DNA from: Polyangiaceae bacterium
Lineage (GTDB): Bacteria > Myxococcota_A > Polyangia > Polyangiales > Polyangiaceae
Assembly (NCBI GenBank): GCA_050287085.1
Contig: JBNKBE010000012.1
Span: 125,773 to 189,772, forward strand
Direction: 5' to 3'
DNA length: 64,000 nt
Shown here in pieces: positions 47,899 to 58,579 of the stretch. The notes under the pieces are model-generated. The model searched no databases, was not told the DNA's origin, and saw only the letters and a list, made by a program, of their open reading frames with translations. Every line of letters begins with the position of its first letter. Position 1 is the stretch's first letter. Position numbers and translations under genes: made by a program.

Positions 47899-48061
47899 AG
47901 GCCCCATCACTTCCGTTTCAATCGGTGCGTTCGAAGCGAGCGGGCGCACCGACCGCGTCACGAAGCGCGCTACGCCCTCCGATGAAGCCAAGCGGGAGTG
48001 CTCGGTGCCGCAAGGCGACGCAGACCACGCGGCCCGGTGTCCGCGCGACACCACTCTGGCC

Positions 48062-48433
48062 TTAGCTCGCCCCCACCGAAATGGTCCGCTCCTGAGTTGA
48101 CTCGCTCGCGGCCTCGACGGCGAAGACATAGGGCCGCACGATGACACTCTCGAAGCCCTTCGTGGGCACCCGACTCCACGCGTCGACCTCGCTCACACTC
48201 GGGCGACGCAGCTCGCCCCGCTGGAGCCACGCCTTGACTCGCTGCGCCTCGTTGGCCGCAACGGCTAGGGCCACAGCCCGCAGCGACAGCTCGGGCGACA
48301 CCAGGTAGAGGGCATCTCGCTCCACATGGGCTCTCAAATCACTCCACTGAACCGAGCCCAAGGTACGGTCAATCAGGGCTTCCGCTTCGCCGCTTGCACT
48401 TGTCACGTGCTGCAAGCTAGCAGCCCGCCCCAA
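48062..48433 (-). CDS. DUF2288-like protein
   Basis: W.DL..H..RDAL..V...L.L..VA.A.A.N....V..W...G.L, IV.PYV pattern. Start uncertain. Confidence 0.7.
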   Translation of the reverse strand: MGRAASLQHVTSASGEAEALIDRTLGSVQWSDLRAHVERDALYLVSPELSLRAVALAVAANEAQRVKAWLQRGELRRPSVSEVDAWSRVPTKGFESVIVRPYVFAVEAASESTQERTISVGAS

Positions 48434-48474
48434 ATTTGAAATGGGAAGATTCTAGCGCGACTCTCTTCGATACA

Positions 48475-49134
48475 TCAGTCCGCGGGCTGCTGTCCTCCAG
48501 CGGCCGCCACTCGACGCAATACAAGTACGGTAAAGACATGGAGCGCACCGCCCGGGCTGAGATGCTCGTGACGCAGACTCTCAACCGCTTGCCAACCAGC
48601 CCCCATCGCGGTCGCGAGCGCCTGCGCGTCGTAGCGGCAGACGGGCAGACCGCTGCAGCGCTCCGGCCCCTCAGGGGCAAATACCTGGATGATCGCATGC
48701 CCGCCTAGACGCACCGCACGCGACATCTGCGTTCGATAGCGAGCTCGCTCCCTCTCCGAGAGTAGGAAGTGAAACACGGCTCGGTCGTGCCAAAGCCCGA
48801 ACTGCCCCAGCCCAAATGGGTATTCGAGGACATCGGCCTCCAGCATCTCGACGGCGCCAGGTGTCGGAGCCAACTCTCGAGCCAGCATGGCCAGCGCCGC
48901 GCGGCTGATGTCCAACACCGATAGCTTCATGAACCCGGCAGCCAAGAGTGAATTGGCCAAGCGCGCCGCTCCGCAACCCACGTCCACAATAGCGTCCGTT
49001 CGCGAACCATAACGCTGGATCAGCGAACTCGACGGCTCCGATTCCGCCTGATACCAGCTCACCGTATTCGGGGTGCGCCGAGACCAGACCTCCTCCCAAT
49101 GCGCCTTCTTCGTTTTGTCCTGGGCATCGACCAT
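48475..49134 (-). CDS. Class I SAM-dependent methyltransferase
   Basis: HWEEVW, VSWYQ, VDVGCG, LDIS, WHDRAVFHFL, GPERCSGLP. Confidence 0.88.
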   Translation of the reverse strand: MVDAQDKTKKAHWEEVWSRRTPNTVSWYQAESEPSSSLIQRYGSRTDAIVDVGCGAARLANSLLAAGFMKLSVLDISRAALAMLARELAPTPGAVEMLEADVLEYPFGLGQFGLWHDRAVFHFLLSERERARYRTQMSRAVRLGGHAIIQVFAPEGPERCSGLPVCRYDAQALATAMGAGWQAVESLRHEHLSPGGALHVFTVLVLRRVAAAGGQQPAD

Positions 49135-49420
49135 CGGTCTTTCGCCAGAGCCTAGCACAGCCCAAAACGCGCGCTAATCAGCTTTAGAGCGCACTTTGCT
49201 CGCTGGATCCGAAGCAAGGATGCATCCGCCTGACGTTCCGGAAGCGCTTTTGGGTCGATGCCCCATCTTCGCGAAACTCAAAACGTTTTACGCAGGCATT
49301 ACACCCCGCCCCGCGCCGCCACAAAGCGTGCCGAAAGCGGCCAGCACCCCACCCATGCGGCACATCCGACCTCCTTTGGAAGCGGACTTCAGCCATCAAC
49401 AACTATTCTACGCACGCCAA

Positions 49421-49448
49421 ATAGAAAAGCCGACACGGACGTGTCGGC
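49421..49448 (-). terminator. Intrinsic terminator at the end of the alpha operon
   Basis: GCCGACAC-GTCC-GTGTCGGC followed by TTTTCTAT on the minus strand. Confidence 0.8.
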
Positions 49449-49501
49449 CTTTCCTCCAGAGTCGCGTTGGACCTTCGTCCAGCGCCGTCCACTGATCCTA
49501 A

Positions 49502-50008
49502 CTACTCGGCAGCTGTCTCGGTGACTTCTGCAGTCTCTTGCGCCGACTGCGGTGCCGGCTCTGGCCGGTCCACAAGCTCTATGAGCGTCATCGGTGCATT
49601 GTCTCCGCGGCGCCGACCCAACTTGATGATGCGAGTGTACCCACCCGGGCGGTCCTTGTAGCGCCGAGCCAACTCGGTCAGCACCTTCTCCACCAAGTCA
49701 ACCTTGGCGCTGACCTCAGCGGTCTCAATCACGCCAGTACGTCGCAGATACTGCGCTATCTGGCTCTTAACAGCATGTCGACGCGAGCGCTCCGCGTTAT
49801 TAAGCTGGTCCCACGGAGTATACGCCGTCTCACCCAAGCGACGCGCGCGGGTGATCAAACGCTCCGCAACTCGACGCAGCTCCTTCGCCTTGGCCTCAGT
49901 CGTCTCGATGCGCTCGTGCAGGACGAGGTTCGCCGTGAGCGCACGGAACATCGCCTTGCGGTGCGCAGTGTCGCGGCTGAACTGCCGCCCCAGTTTCTTA
50001 TGTCGCAT
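49502..50008 (-). CDS. rplQ: 50S ribosomal protein L17
   Basis: MRHKK.GR, IETTEAKAKE, RPGGYTRIIK, RRGDNAPM. Confidence 0.97.
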   Translation of the reverse strand: MRHKKLGRQFSRDTAHRKAMFRALTANLVLHERIETTEAKAKELRRVAERLITRARRLGETAYTPWDQLNNAERSRRHAVKSQIAQYLRRTGVIETAEVSAKVDLVEKVLTELARRYKDRPGGYTRIIKLGRRRGDNAPMTLIELVDRPEPAPQSAQETAEVTETAAE

Positions 50009-50043
50009 GTCTTACTCCGTCTCGGGATGAAACTTCGAGGCTC

Positions 50044-51141
50044 TTATCCCTGAGCCTGCTGCGCCTTCCAGCGCTCGATCATCTGTGGCCAGTTGTCGAG
50101 CTTCATGCCCAACGAGAGGTTCATCGTCGACAAGATCTCTTTGATCTCCTTCAACGACTTTCGGCCGAAATTCTTCGTCTTCAGCATGTCCTGCTCTGAA
50201 CGCTGCACCAACTCGCCAATCAGCGTGATGTTCGCATTCTGCAGGCAGTTCGCAGAACGAACCGACAGCTCCAATTCGTCTACTGAACGGAAGAGGTTCT
50301 CGTTGAGAGGCTCTTCATTCTGGCTGGGCAACGGATAGGACGTCTCTTCGGTTTCCTCGAAGTTGATCCAAATGGACAGCTGCTCCTTCAGGATCTTCGC
50401 CGCAAACGCAACCGCATCCGCGGGCGCAACCGAACCGTTGGTGCGCACCTCCAAGATCAGCTTGTCGTAGTCCGTTACCTGTCCAATACGCGCGTTCTGA
50501 ACGGTGTAGTTCACCTTGCGAATCGGAGAAAAAATGGAATCTATTGGGATGGTTCCCAGCGGCATCGTCGGGCTCTTGTTCTGCTCCGCGCGCACGTAGC
50601 CGCGACCAACGCCCACCGTGAGCTCCATGGACAGTGGACCCTTCTTGTCCAACGTCGCAATGTGGTGATCCGGGTTGAGAACCTTGAGCCCGTCGACGAG
50701 CTGAATGTCGCCCGCGAGTACCGGCCCCGGTCCCTCCTTCTCAAGTCGCAGCGTGTAGGTCTTGACCTGCTCCGCTTTAAATACGACGCCCTTGAGATTG
50801 AGCACGATGTCGGTGACATCCTCCACAACATCGTCGATGCTGGTGAACTCGTGCAGCGCTCCGTCGATGCGCACAGCCGTAATGGCAACACCCTGCAAGG
50901 ACGACAGCAGAACTCGCCTCAACGAGTTGCCGATCGTGATTCCGAAGCCCCGCTCTAGCGGCTCGCAGGTGAACTTACCAAAGGACTCGGTCGCTGAATC
51001 AGTGTCAATCTGGATCGACTTCGGCCGAATCAGCTCACGCCAGTTGCGTACAACAAGGGCAGTGGGTTCGCTCTTCGTGTTCTCCGCCGGAGACTCATCT
51101 TCATCTGGAACACTGCTCATCACGTCTTCTTCATCCATCAT
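50044..51141 (-). CDS. rpoA: RNA polymerase subunit alpha
   Basis: [40 protein letters not shown]. Confidence 0.98.
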   Translation of the reverse strand: MMDEEDVMSSVPDEDESPAENTKSEPTALVVRNWRELIRPKSIQIDTDSATESFGKFTCEPLERGFGITIGNSLRRVLLSSLQGVAITAVRIDGALHEFTSIDDVVEDVTDIVLNLKGVVFKAEQVKTYTLRLEKEGPGPVLAGDIQLVDGLKVLNPDHHIATLDKKGPLSMELTVGVGRGYVRAEQNKSPTMPLGTIPIDSIFSPIRKVNYTVQNARIGQVTDYDKLILEVRTNGSVAPADAVAFAAKILKEQLSIWINFEETEETSYPLPSQNEEPLNENLFRSVDELELSVRSANCLQNANITLIGELVQRSEQDMLKTKNFGRKSLKEIKEILSTMNLSLGMKLDNWPQMIERWKAQQAQG

Positions 51142-51307
51142 GCTGCCGATCTCCTATTAGCGAGGCCGAACCCTCGGCACCCTGTCTTGCGCGACCGTCC
51201 CAGCCACCAGCGGTTCCTACTTCCGCTCAGTCGCTCGCAGTCTGCCCGCATCGTCGTTCACCAACGTTCGTCCGAGCCGCGTTCTGGCCCGGACAAGGAC
51301 TTCAGTT

Positions 51308-51336
51308 AGAAAAGCCGGAACCTAGGTCCCGGCTTC
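51308..51336 (-). terminator. Terminator-like hairpin between rpsD and rpoA
   Basis: Minus strand AAGCCGGGAC-CTAG-GTTCCGGCTT followed by TTCT. Confidence 0.55.
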
Positions 51337-51340
51337 ACAC

Positions 51341-51970
51341 TTAGCGCGAGTAGTACTCGACCACGTACTGTTCGCGAATCTGCGGCTCATTCAGAGCCTC
51401 GCGCGGCGGAGCCCCACGGAACGTGAACGCGTAGTTCGCCGGATCAACGTCCAACCAACTCGCCTTCTCTCGCCCATTGGCACTCTCGAGAGAAGCCGCG
51501 ATGTACGCGATCTTACGGCTGCGCTCGCGAACCTCAACCTTGTCACCGGGATTGACGCGGTAACTTGGAATGTTGACCCGCTTGCCGTTAACCAGGATGT
51601 GATTGTGCCGCACCAGCTGACGTGCCTGAGCACGGGTCGACGTAAATCCAGCCCGGTACACCGCATTGTCCAAGCGGCGCTCCAGCAATCCGAGCATCTC
51701 TTCGCCGGTGCGTCCCTTGAGTCGCGTGGCGTCCGTGTAATACAACCGGAACTGGTGCTCCAATAGGCCGTAAACGCGACGCATCTTCTGCTTCTCACGG
51801 AGACGCATCCCATACTCGCTCATCTTGAAGCGCCCCTGACCGTGTTGTCCTGGGGGATAGGGTCGCCGCGTTACCGCGCACTTCTCGCCGAAGCAGCGAT
51901 CGCCTTTGAGATACAGCTTAGTGCCTTCGCGGCGGCAAAGCTTGCAAACGGGTCCAATATACCGAGCCAT
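51341..51970 (-). CDS. rpsD: 30S ribosomal protein S4
   Basis: MARYIGPVCKLCRREG, LERRLDN, VVEYYSR. Confidence 0.98.
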   Translation of the reverse strand: MARYIGPVCKLCRREGTKLYLKGDRCFGEKCAVTRRPYPPGQHGQGRFKMSEYGMRLREKQKMRRVYGLLEHQFRLYYTDATRLKGRTGEEMLGLLERRLDNAVYRAGFTSTRAQARQLVRHNHILVNGKRVNIPSYRVNPGDKVEVRERSRKIAYIAASLESANGREKASWLDVDPANYAFTFRGAPPREALNEPQIREQYVVEYYSR

Positions 51971-52013
51971 AGCTATTCTACTCTTTGCTTCAGATTATCA
52001 ACGGCGCGCTACA

Positions 52014-52409
52014 TCAAACGCGGCGGCGCTTGGGTGGACGGCAACCGTTGTGCGGCACGGGCGTCACGTCTCGAATCAGGGTGATGCGGAAGCCGACTGA
52101 CTGCAGCGCGCGCAACGCGCTTTCGCGCCCGGCACCCGGTCCCTTGACGAATACAGCGACCGAACGCATTCCTTGGTCCATCGCCTTGCGTCCTGCTTCT
52201 TCGGCGGCGAGCTGAGCCGCAAACGGCGTGCTCTTCCGTGAACCTTTGAAGCCACGTGCACCAGCACTAGCCCAAGAGATGGCGTTACCACTGACGTCCG
52301 TGATCGTCACAATCGTATTGTTGAACGAGCTCAACACGTGAGCGATCCCGGTTGGGATGTTCTTCTTGGCGACCTTTTTGCCGCCCCGAGGCCTTCTTGC
52401 AACTGCCAT
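52014..52409 (-). CDS. rpsK: 30S ribosomal protein S11
   Basis: [31 protein letters not shown]. Confidence 0.98.
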   Translation of the reverse strand: MAVARRPRGGKKVAKKNIPTGIAHVLSSFNNTIVTITDVSGNAISWASAGARGFKGSRKSTPFAAQLAAEEAGRKAMDQGMRSVAVFVKGPGAGRESALRALQSVGFRITLIRDVTPVPHNGCRPPKRRRV

Positions 52410-52415
52410 GATACC

Positions 52416-52784
52416 TTACTTCTTTCGGGCCATTACGCCGCGCTTGGGCCCCTTGCGGGTGCGCGCATTGGTCTTCGTACGCTGGCCGTTGCAGGGCAAG
52501 CTGCGCCGATGGCGAAGTCCCCTATAACAACCCAAGTCCATCAGCCGCTTGATGTTTTGCTGCACTTCGCGCCGCAAATCACCTTCAACCTTGTAGTCCG
52601 CCTCGATGCACTCGCGGATCGCGCGGACGTCCGCCTCCGTGAGCTCCTCGACCTTGCGGCTCTCGGGGATACTTGTCTTTGCGCAAATCTCAACCGAAAT
52701 CCGATCGCCAACTCCGTAGATATAGCGAAGCGCGTAGCGAACCGCCTTACGGCGCGGAAGGTCTACACCAGCAATACGTGCCAT
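52416..52784 (-). CDS. rpsM: 30S ribosomal protein S13
   Basis: [31 protein letters not shown]. Confidence 0.98.
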   Translation of the reverse strand: MARIAGVDLPRRKAVRYALRYIYGVGDRISVEICAKTSIPESRKVEELTEADVRAIRECIEADYKVEGDLRREVQQNIKRLMDLGCYRGLRHRRSLPCNGQRTKTNARTRKGPKRGVMARKK

Positions 52785-52796
52785 AATGTCTCTCTC

Positions 52797-52910
52797 TTAT
52801 CCTTGTCGCTGCTTGTGACGGGGGTTGTCGCAGATAACGCGCACAACGCCCTTGCGACGGATGACTTTGCACTTGTCACAGATTTTCTTGACGCTTGGAC
52901 GAACCTTCAT
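52797..52910 (-). CDS. rpmJ: 50S ribosomal protein L36 (37 aa, zinc-ribbon type; not in ORF track)
   Basis: Manual translation [37 protein letters not shown]. Confidence 0.97.
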   Translation of the reverse strand: MKVRPSVKKICDKCKVIRRKGVVRVICDNPRHKQRQG

Positions 52911-52919
52911 TTTGGCGCC

Positions 52920-53114
52920 TCAGAGTTTCTTGGTTATCTGACCCCGGGAAGGGTCGGTCGGTGATGTCCTTAGCTCGACCCGGTCTCCCGGTAACAGTCG
53001 AACCATCGAATGTCTTGACGAAGGGGTCAGGCCCGCGCGAACTCGCTTTCCACCATCGAGCACCACCAGATACATCCCCTTGGGAAGAATCTGCTCGACG
53101 GTTCCAGTGATCAT
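52920..53114 (-). CDS. infA: Divergent translation initiation factor IF-1 homolog
   Basis: G.V...LP.....V.L..G..V......R.LPGD.V....SP.D..RG.I pattern at the canonical infA position. Confidence 0.7.
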   Translation of the reverse strand: MITGTVEQILPKGMYLVVLDGGKRVRAGLTPSSRHSMVRLLPGDRVELRTSPTDPSRGQITKKL

Positions 53115-53152
53115 TCTCGGCTGGCGCTTTCTCCTACTTCACTTGCTTTGGC

Positions 53153-53773
53153 TTACCCGAGTACCGCGACTATCTTCGCGGTGACCTCGTCCAAGCTGCC
53201 CGTGCCGTCGATCCTCTGAAGAAGTCCACGGCTGTGGTAGAACGGCAACAAGGCCGCCGTCTGCTCCTCGTATACATCGAGGCGTGCAGACACTGTCTCC
53301 TCATGATCGTCGGCCCGGTGTTCGAGCTCGGCGTCAGGGGGAGGCGGATTGTACTTGAGATGATAGATCTGTCCAGTCCGAACATCTGTGCGGCGTCCGG
53401 TAGCACGCTCGAGCAGAAGGCTCCTCGGAACGTCGATCTGCACGACGGCGTCGAGGTCCTGGGCGGCTGCCCCAAGCACCCTCTCCAGCTCCTCAGCCTG
53501 CGGTACGGTGCGAGGAAAGCCGTCGAAAATGAATCCCTTCTGGGCGTCACTCTGCTCTAGACGCTCGGCGACCAGACCGATAACAACGCTATCCGGTACC
53601 AACTTGCCCGCGGACATATACGCTTGAGCCTGCTTGCCCAACTCCGTGCCGGCTGCCTTTGCGGCTCGTAGCATGTCCCCGGTTGAGATTTTGGGCACAC
53701 CATAGCGCTCTACAAGCCGCTGGCCCTGCGTCCCTTTACCACTTGCTGGTGCACCGAGGAGGATGATTCTCAT
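53153..53773 (-). CDS. adk: Adenylate kinase
   Basis: GAPASGKGTQ, STGDMLR, DGFPRT, RADD. Confidence 0.97.
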   Translation of the reverse strand: MRIILLGAPASGKGTQGQRLVERYGVPKISTGDMLRAAKAAGTELGKQAQAYMSAGKLVPDSVVIGLVAERLEQSDAQKGFIFDGFPRTVPQAEELERVLGAAAQDLDAVVQIDVPRSLLLERATGRRTDVRTGQIYHLKYNPPPPDAELEHRADDHEETVSARLDVYEEQTAALLPFYHSRGLLQRIDGTGSLDEVTAKIVAVLG

Positions 53774-53785
53774 GGCCGCTATTCC

Positions 53786-55105
53786 TTATGCCGGACGGCG
53801 CCCGCTGAGACGGGTGGTTTGAGGGCCCGTTACGCCCTCGTAGCTCTGGGTGATGAGGTGCGCCTCGATCTGGTTGACCGTTTCCAGTGCTACGCCGACC
53901 ACAATCATCAGGCTCGTGCCGCCGAATTGGAACGGAATCCTGAATGCCTGGGCCACGACTGACGGAATCACGCAGATGCAGGTGACGTAGATGGCGCCGC
54001 CTACCGTGATCCGCATTACGACCCCCTCGATATACTCAGCGGTATGTCGACCGGGACGAATCCCCGGAATATTGGCCTGCTGCCGCTTGAGCGCGTCCGC
54101 GACGTCCACCGGCTGGAACTGGACAGCCGTGTAGAAGAAGCAGAAGAAGATGATCAGCGCCCCGAAGAGGGTATTGAACACCCAATCACCCCGATTGACC
54201 ATCGCGGCAAAGCGCGCCATGCCCGGAATGTTGAGATTACCTAAGGTGGTTGGCAGCACGAGTAGGCTCGATGCGAAGATCGGCGGAATCATGCTGGCCA
54301 TATTGACCTTGAGCGGCAGGTGCGCGGTCTGACCGCCGTAGACTCTGCGCCCTACTTGCCTACGAGCATACTGAATCGGGATCCGACGCTGAGCGCGTTC
54401 GAAGAAGACGACGGTCGCGATGCAGATGAGAACGATGCCTCCCACCACCAGCATTGCCAGCGGTTGGATCTGCCCGGCGTTGGCGGCCACATAAGATCCC
54501 ATCGCTGATGGGATCCCACTGACAATCGACGCAAAGATGATGATGGAGATGCCGTTTCCGATGCCTCGCTCGGTAGCCTGCTCTCCCAGCCACATGATCA
54601 ACGCGCTACCCGTGGTCAGCGTCAACATGGCCATCAATCGAAAGCCCCAGCCGGGCTCCGCAACCACGTTACCGAATTCCGTCGCCCCGTTTTGGCTCTC
54701 CAGCATCGTGGCGATGCTGTAGGACTGAACCAAACTCAAACCGACCGCGCCGTAGCGCGTCCACTGCTCAAGCTTTCGGCGCCCCTGTTCTCCCTCTCGC
54801 CGCAGCTCCTCGATCTGCTTGGAGATCAGCGGCATGAGCTGCATCACGATGCTCGCCGAGATGTACGGCATGATGCCAAGGGCGAAGATGGACAAGTTCG
54901 CGAGCGCGCCGCCCGAGAACATGTTCAGCATCCCAACGAGTCCTCCTTGGGAGCTGACCATCTGCTGCATCACCGAGCGATCGACGCCCGGCGTGGTCAC
55001 AAACACCCCAAGCCTATACACAACCAAGATCGCCAGCGTGAAAACCACACGCTTCCGAAGCTCGGGGATCTTGGGGATATTGGCGAAGCCGCTGAATAGG
55101 GACAT
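53786..55105 (-). CDS. secY: Preprotein translocase SecY
   Basis: SIFALGIMPYISASI, GIGNGIS, IPGIRPG, GGTSLMIVVGV. Confidence 0.98.
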   Translation of the reverse strand: MSLFSGFANIPKIPELRKRVVFTLAILVVYRLGVFVTTPGVDRSVMQQMVSSQGGLVGMLNMFSGGALANLSIFALGIMPYISASIVMQLMPLISKQIEELRREGEQGRRKLEQWTRYGAVGLSLVQSYSIATMLESQNGATEFGNVVAEPGWGFRLMAMLTLTTGSALIMWLGEQATERGIGNGISIIIFASIVSGIPSAMGSYVAANAGQIQPLAMLVVGGIVLICIATVVFFERAQRRIPIQYARRQVGRRVYGGQTAHLPLKVNMASMIPPIFASSLLVLPTTLGNLNIPGMARFAAMVNRGDWVFNTLFGALIIFFCFFYTAVQFQPVDVADALKRQQANIPGIRPGRHTAEYIEGVVMRITVGGAIYVTCICVIPSVVAQAFRIPFQFGGTSLMIVVGVALETVNQIEAHLITQSYEGVTGPQTTRLSGRRPA

Positions 55106-55198
55106 GGCGTATTCTCTACTGGCTCATGCAACGCGCGGGAGCGATGCGACAAGGCATCTCAGCTCCCGCTGCCGTCACTGCAGCACAAGTATTCGAAC

Positions 55199-55678
55199 TT
55201 ACTCGGTCGTTTCTTCTACCTCGGGCGCAGCAAGCAGAACCACGCTGCCCCCAGCCTTGGCGATCTTCTCGGCAGCGCTCTTGCTGAATGCATGAGCGCT
55301 TACAGTGAGCTTCTTGGTCAACTCACCATCACCTAGGAACTTGATTCGAGCGCCGGGCTTCTGAAGCAATCTAGCCGCCCGGAGTGCCGCTTCGTCCACG
55401 GTCGCGCCGTCGTCGAAGCGTTCCAGAACCGTGACATTGAGCGCCACGGTCTGTAGCGGAAACGGCACGCGAAACCCACGCTTTGGAAGGCGACGCTGAA
55501 TCGGCGTCTGCCCACCCTGAAAGTGCAGCTTGCTGATGTTGCCGCCCTGACGCGCCTTCTGCCCTTTGAATCCCCGACCAGACGTCTTGCCTTGCGTGGA
55601 TCCGGGGCCGCGCCCTTTCCGGCGCTCCTTATGGCGGGCGCCAACGGGCGGCGCCAGCCGTGCGAGTACGTCACTCAT
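55199..55678 (-). CDS. rplO: 50S ribosomal protein L15
   Basis: GRGPGS..GKTSGRG.KGQKAR, FQGGQTP, FSKSA..KI..AGG. Confidence 0.97.
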   Translation of the reverse strand: MSDVLARLAPPVGARHKERRKGRGPGSTQGKTSGRGFKGQKARQGGNISKLHFQGGQTPIQRRLPKRGFRVPFPLQTVALNVTVLERFDDGATVDEAALRAARLLQKPGARIKFLGDGELTKKLTVSAHAFSKSAAEKIAKAGGSVVLLAAPEVEETTE

Positions 55679-55683
55679 GAAAC

Positions 55684-55875
55684 TTAACCCTTCTCGCTGA
55701 CTTCCTTCACCTCGACGAGGTGCAGGACCTTGCGGATCATGCCGCGGAACGAAGGCGTATTCGCCACCGTAACCTCACGCCCAATTCTGCGCAGCCCGAG
55801 TCCAGCTAGAATCGCTCGCTGCTGATGCGGGCGTCCAATCACACTTCTGACTTGGCGAACAACCAATTGGCTCAT
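55684..55875 (-). CDS. rpmD: 50S ribosomal protein L30
   Basis: [18 protein letters not shown]. Confidence 0.95.
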   Translation of the reverse strand: MSQLVVRQVRSVIGRPHQQRAILAGLGLRRIGREVTVANTPSFRGMIRKVLHLVEVKEVSEKG

Positions 55876-56432
55876 GACGCCTCACCTTCAATACTGGTCT
55901 CTTTTGCGATCGCGAAGCGGGCCACTGTGTAGTCGTGCGCAACGTGATCGACCGACAACCCGCGACGGTTTGCGAACTGCTCAGCTGACGAAAGCGAGCG
56001 CAGCGCCTCGATGGTGGCGTAGACTGCGTTGTACTTGTTCGCCGAGCCAAGGCACTTCGTGAGAATATCGTGGATTCCCGCGGACTCGACCACAGCGCGA
56101 ACCGGACCACCAGCGATAACCCCCGTACCGGGAGCGGCGGGCCTCAAGAGCACTCGGCCAGCGCCAAACTCACCGATCACCTCGTGAGGAATCGTGCCCC
56201 CCACCATGGGGATCTTGAACATGTTCTTGCGAGCCTGGTCGTTCCCCTTGCGAATCGCTTCCGGGACCTCATTGGCCTTGCCGAGACCCACGCCCACGCT
56301 ACCCGCTTCATCTCCAACGACGATCAGTGCGGCGAAGCTGAAGCGACGGCCACCCTGCACTACCTTGGCAACGCGGTTGATGTGGATGACCCGCTCTTTG
56401 AGCCGGTCGTCGTCGATTTGATCAAATGCCAT
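55872..56432 (-). CDS. rpsE: 30S ribosomal protein S5
   Basis: [25 protein letters not shown]. Confidence 0.98.
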   Translation of the reverse strand: MAFDQIDDDRLKERVIHINRVAKVVQGGRRFSFAALIVVGDEAGSVGVGLGKANEVPEAIRKGNDQARKNMFKIPMVGGTIPHEVIGEFGAGRVLLRPAAPGTGVIAGGPVRAVVESAGIHDILTKCLGSANKYNAVYATIEALRSLSSAEQFANRRGLSVDHVAHDYTVARFAIAKETSIEGEAS

Positions 56433-56440
56433 CAGAACTC

Positions 56441-56794
56441 CTAGAACTTCAGCCCGGCTTCCCGTGCCGCCTCAGCCAGCGCTTTGACGCGGCCGTGATA
56501 GAGAAAGCCGTTTCGGTCGAAAACCACCTGCTCAACGTTGTGGGCCAGGCAGAGCTTCGCCACCAGCGCCCCCACCTTCTTCGCGGAGTCGGTTTTGTCT
56601 TCCGCCTTGATGCCTTTGAGATCCCCAGAGAGGGACGAGGCAGCGGCCAGGGTCTTGCCGGCCGCGTCGTCTACCACCTGGGCGTAGATGTGCTTGGCAC
56701 TGCGGAATACGCTCAAACGAGGTCGCTCCGCGGTTCCAGAGATCTTGTTGCGAATGCGAAACTTTCGCTTCTGCTGTCCGGTTAGCTTTGCCAT
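56441..56794 (-). CDS. rplR: 50S ribosomal protein L18
   Basis: [34 protein letters not shown]. Confidence 0.98.
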   Translation of the reverse strand: MAKLTGQQKRKFRIRNKISGTAERPRLSVFRSAKHIYAQVVDDAAGKTLAAASSLSGDLKGIKAEDKTDSAKKVGALVAKLCLAHNVEQVVFDRNGFLYHGRVKALAEAAREAGLKF

Positions 56795-56806
56795 TACCGA
56801 TAAACC

Positions 56807-57382
56807 TTACTTCTTGCCGGCCTTGCCAGCCTTGCGGCGTACGTTCTCGCCCGCGTAGCGGACGCCCTTACCACCATAGGGCTCTGGGGGGCGGTACGAG
56901 CGGATCGTGGCCGCGGCCTGACCGATCACACTCTTGTCGCTCCCACTCAGGTGAATGAGCGTGCCCTTCTTGTCCTTCGGAACATCACAGGAGATGCCCG
57001 CGGGCAAGGGGTAGACCACCGTGTGCGAAAGCCCGAGCGAAAGGTGCAACTCTTGCCCCTTGAGCTCTGCGCGATAGCCGACACCAACGAGCTCGAGCGA
57101 TCTGTTGTAGCCCTCGGCGCACCCCTTGACTGTATTAGCCAGAAGAGCACGCCCAAGTCCTTGCAGGCGAGCGGCATCATTGGGCCCAGCGTCTGAGCTC
57201 ACCCGGAGGCTATCGCCCTCTTGTTCGACCTGAACGCCAGGGGGTAGCACCAGCTTGAGAGTGCCCTTCGGTCCCTTGACCTCGCACTCTGCACCCTTGA
57301 TCGTGGCAGTCACCCCCTTCGGCAAAGAAACAGGGATCTTGCCTAGACGGGACTGCGGAACTGCTGTCGTTGCCTCAGCCAT
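56807..57382 (-). CDS. rplF: 50S ribosomal protein L6
   Basis: SRLGK.P, VKGPKG.L, GVGYRA, PPEPY.GKG; ATG overlaps the rpsH stop. Confidence 0.97.
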   Translation of the reverse strand: MAEATTAVPQSRLGKIPVSLPKGVTATIKGAECEVKGPKGTLKLVLPPGVQVEQEGDSLRVSSDAGPNDAARLQGLGRALLANTVKGCAEGYNRSLELVGVGYRAELKGQELHLSLGLSHTVVYPLPAGISCDVPKDKKGTLIHLSGSDKSVIGQAAATIRSYRPPEPYGGKGVRYAGENVRRKAGKAGKK

Positions 57383-57783
57383 CACCAAACCTCACACAGA
57401 ATCTCGCCGCCGACTCGCTTTACACGAGCCTCTTTGTCCGTCATCAGCCCACCGGACGTGCTGATGATGGCGATTCCGAGACCGCTCAAGACGCGGGGGA
57501 TGTGGTCGTGTCGTGCATAGACGCGTCGACCGGGACGGGATACTCGTCGAATGCCGCGAAACGCAGCGCTTCTATCTGAGCCGTACTTCAGATTGACCAC
57601 CAGGGCGCCGTCCTTAGCGGACTCCCCCTGCTCGACGTGGCAGCCTGAGATATAGCCCTCGCGCTTCAAGATCTCGCCGATTGCGACTTTGATCTTGCTG
57701 AGTGGGATGCGGGTCGACTCGTGGTGGGCACCCGCTGCGTTGCGGATCCGCGCCAACATGTCGGAAATGGGATCTGTCACCAT
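57382..57783 (-). CDS. rpsH: 30S ribosomal protein S8
   Basis: DPISDML.RIRNA, RVSRPG.RVY, STS.G, GGE. Confidence 0.97.
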   Translation of the reverse strand: MVTDPISDMLARIRNAAGAHHESTRIPLSKIKVAIGEILKREGYISGCHVEQGESAKDGALVVNLKYGSDRSAAFRGIRRVSRPGRRVYARHDHIPRVLSGLGIAIISTSGGLMTDKEARVKRVGGEILCEVW

Positions 57784-57812
57784 TGTGTTCTGACCTCGCT
57801 AGAGACTGCTTG

Positions 57813-57998
57813 TTACCAGCTCGCCTTGGTTACGCCCGGAAGCTCGCCGCGAAGGGCGAGTTGACGGAAGCATACGCGGCACAGACGAAAGTCGCGGTAA
57901 ACTGCCTTCGAACGCCCACAGGTGTTGCAACGGTTGACGTTCTGCGTGGAAAACTTCGCGGGCTGATTCATCTTCGCCCATTGTGCTGCTCGTGCCAT
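57813..57998 (-). CDS. rpsZ: 30S ribosomal protein S14, zinc-binding type Z
   Basis: 61 aa, RCNTCGR...LCRVCFR...PGVTKASW. Confidence 0.96.
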   Translation of the reverse strand: MARAAQWAKMNQPAKFSTQNVNRCNTCGRSKAVYRDFRLCRVCFRQLALRGELPGVTKASW

Positions 57999-58001
57999 TG
58001 C

Positions 58002-58556
58002 TTAGTTCCTGAAGGGCATGCCGAGCTGCGCGAGAAGCTCTTTGCTCTCCTCGTTCGTGCTCGCCGTCGTAACAAAGGTAATGTTGATGCCGCGGACCGC
58101 GTCCACCTTGTCAAAGTCGACTTCGGGGAAGATGGTCTGATCCTTGACGCCTAGGGTGTAGTTGCCGGCACCGTCAAAGGCCTTTCCACTGACGCCACGG
58201 AAGTCGCGCACGCGGGGAAGAGACAGCGAGATCAAGCGGTCAACGAACTCCCACATCCGGTCGCGGCGAAGGGTGACCATCGCCCCGATGGGCATGCCCT
58301 GGCGCAGCTTGAAGCCGGCGATGGCCTTCTTGGCGCGGGTGACGACCGGCTTTTGGCCGGTAATTGCCGTCAATTCCTTAACGGCACCGTCGATGATCTT
58401 GGGGTTGGCTACCGCCGCACCTAGGCCCATGTTCACCACGACCTTTTGCAGGCGGGGGACCTGGTTGACGTTCTTGTATTCGAAGCGCTTTTGCAGCGCT
58501 GGTACCACGCCCTCGTGATACTTCTTCACCAAGCGCGGCTGTTCTGCGGTACTCAT
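58002..58556 (-). CDS. rplE: 50S ribosomal protein L5
   Basis: [28 protein letters not shown]. Confidence 0.98.
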   Translation of the reverse strand: MSTAEQPRLVKKYHEGVVPALQKRFEYKNVNQVPRLQKVVVNMGLGAAVANPKIIDGAVKELTAITGQKPVVTRAKKAIAGFKLRQGMPIGAMVTLRRDRMWEFVDRLISLSLPRVRDFRGVSGKAFDGAGNYTLGVKDQTIFPEVDFDKVDAVRGINITFVTTASTNEESKELLAQLGMPFRN

Positions 58557-58579
58557 CGGAAAGGTCCTTCTTTCAAGTA

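Noticed and set aside
49160..49420. Possible ncRNA or small ORF between the methyltransferase and the rplQ terminator
   Set aside because: No recognisable RNA family signature or credible coding pattern; probably promoter region.
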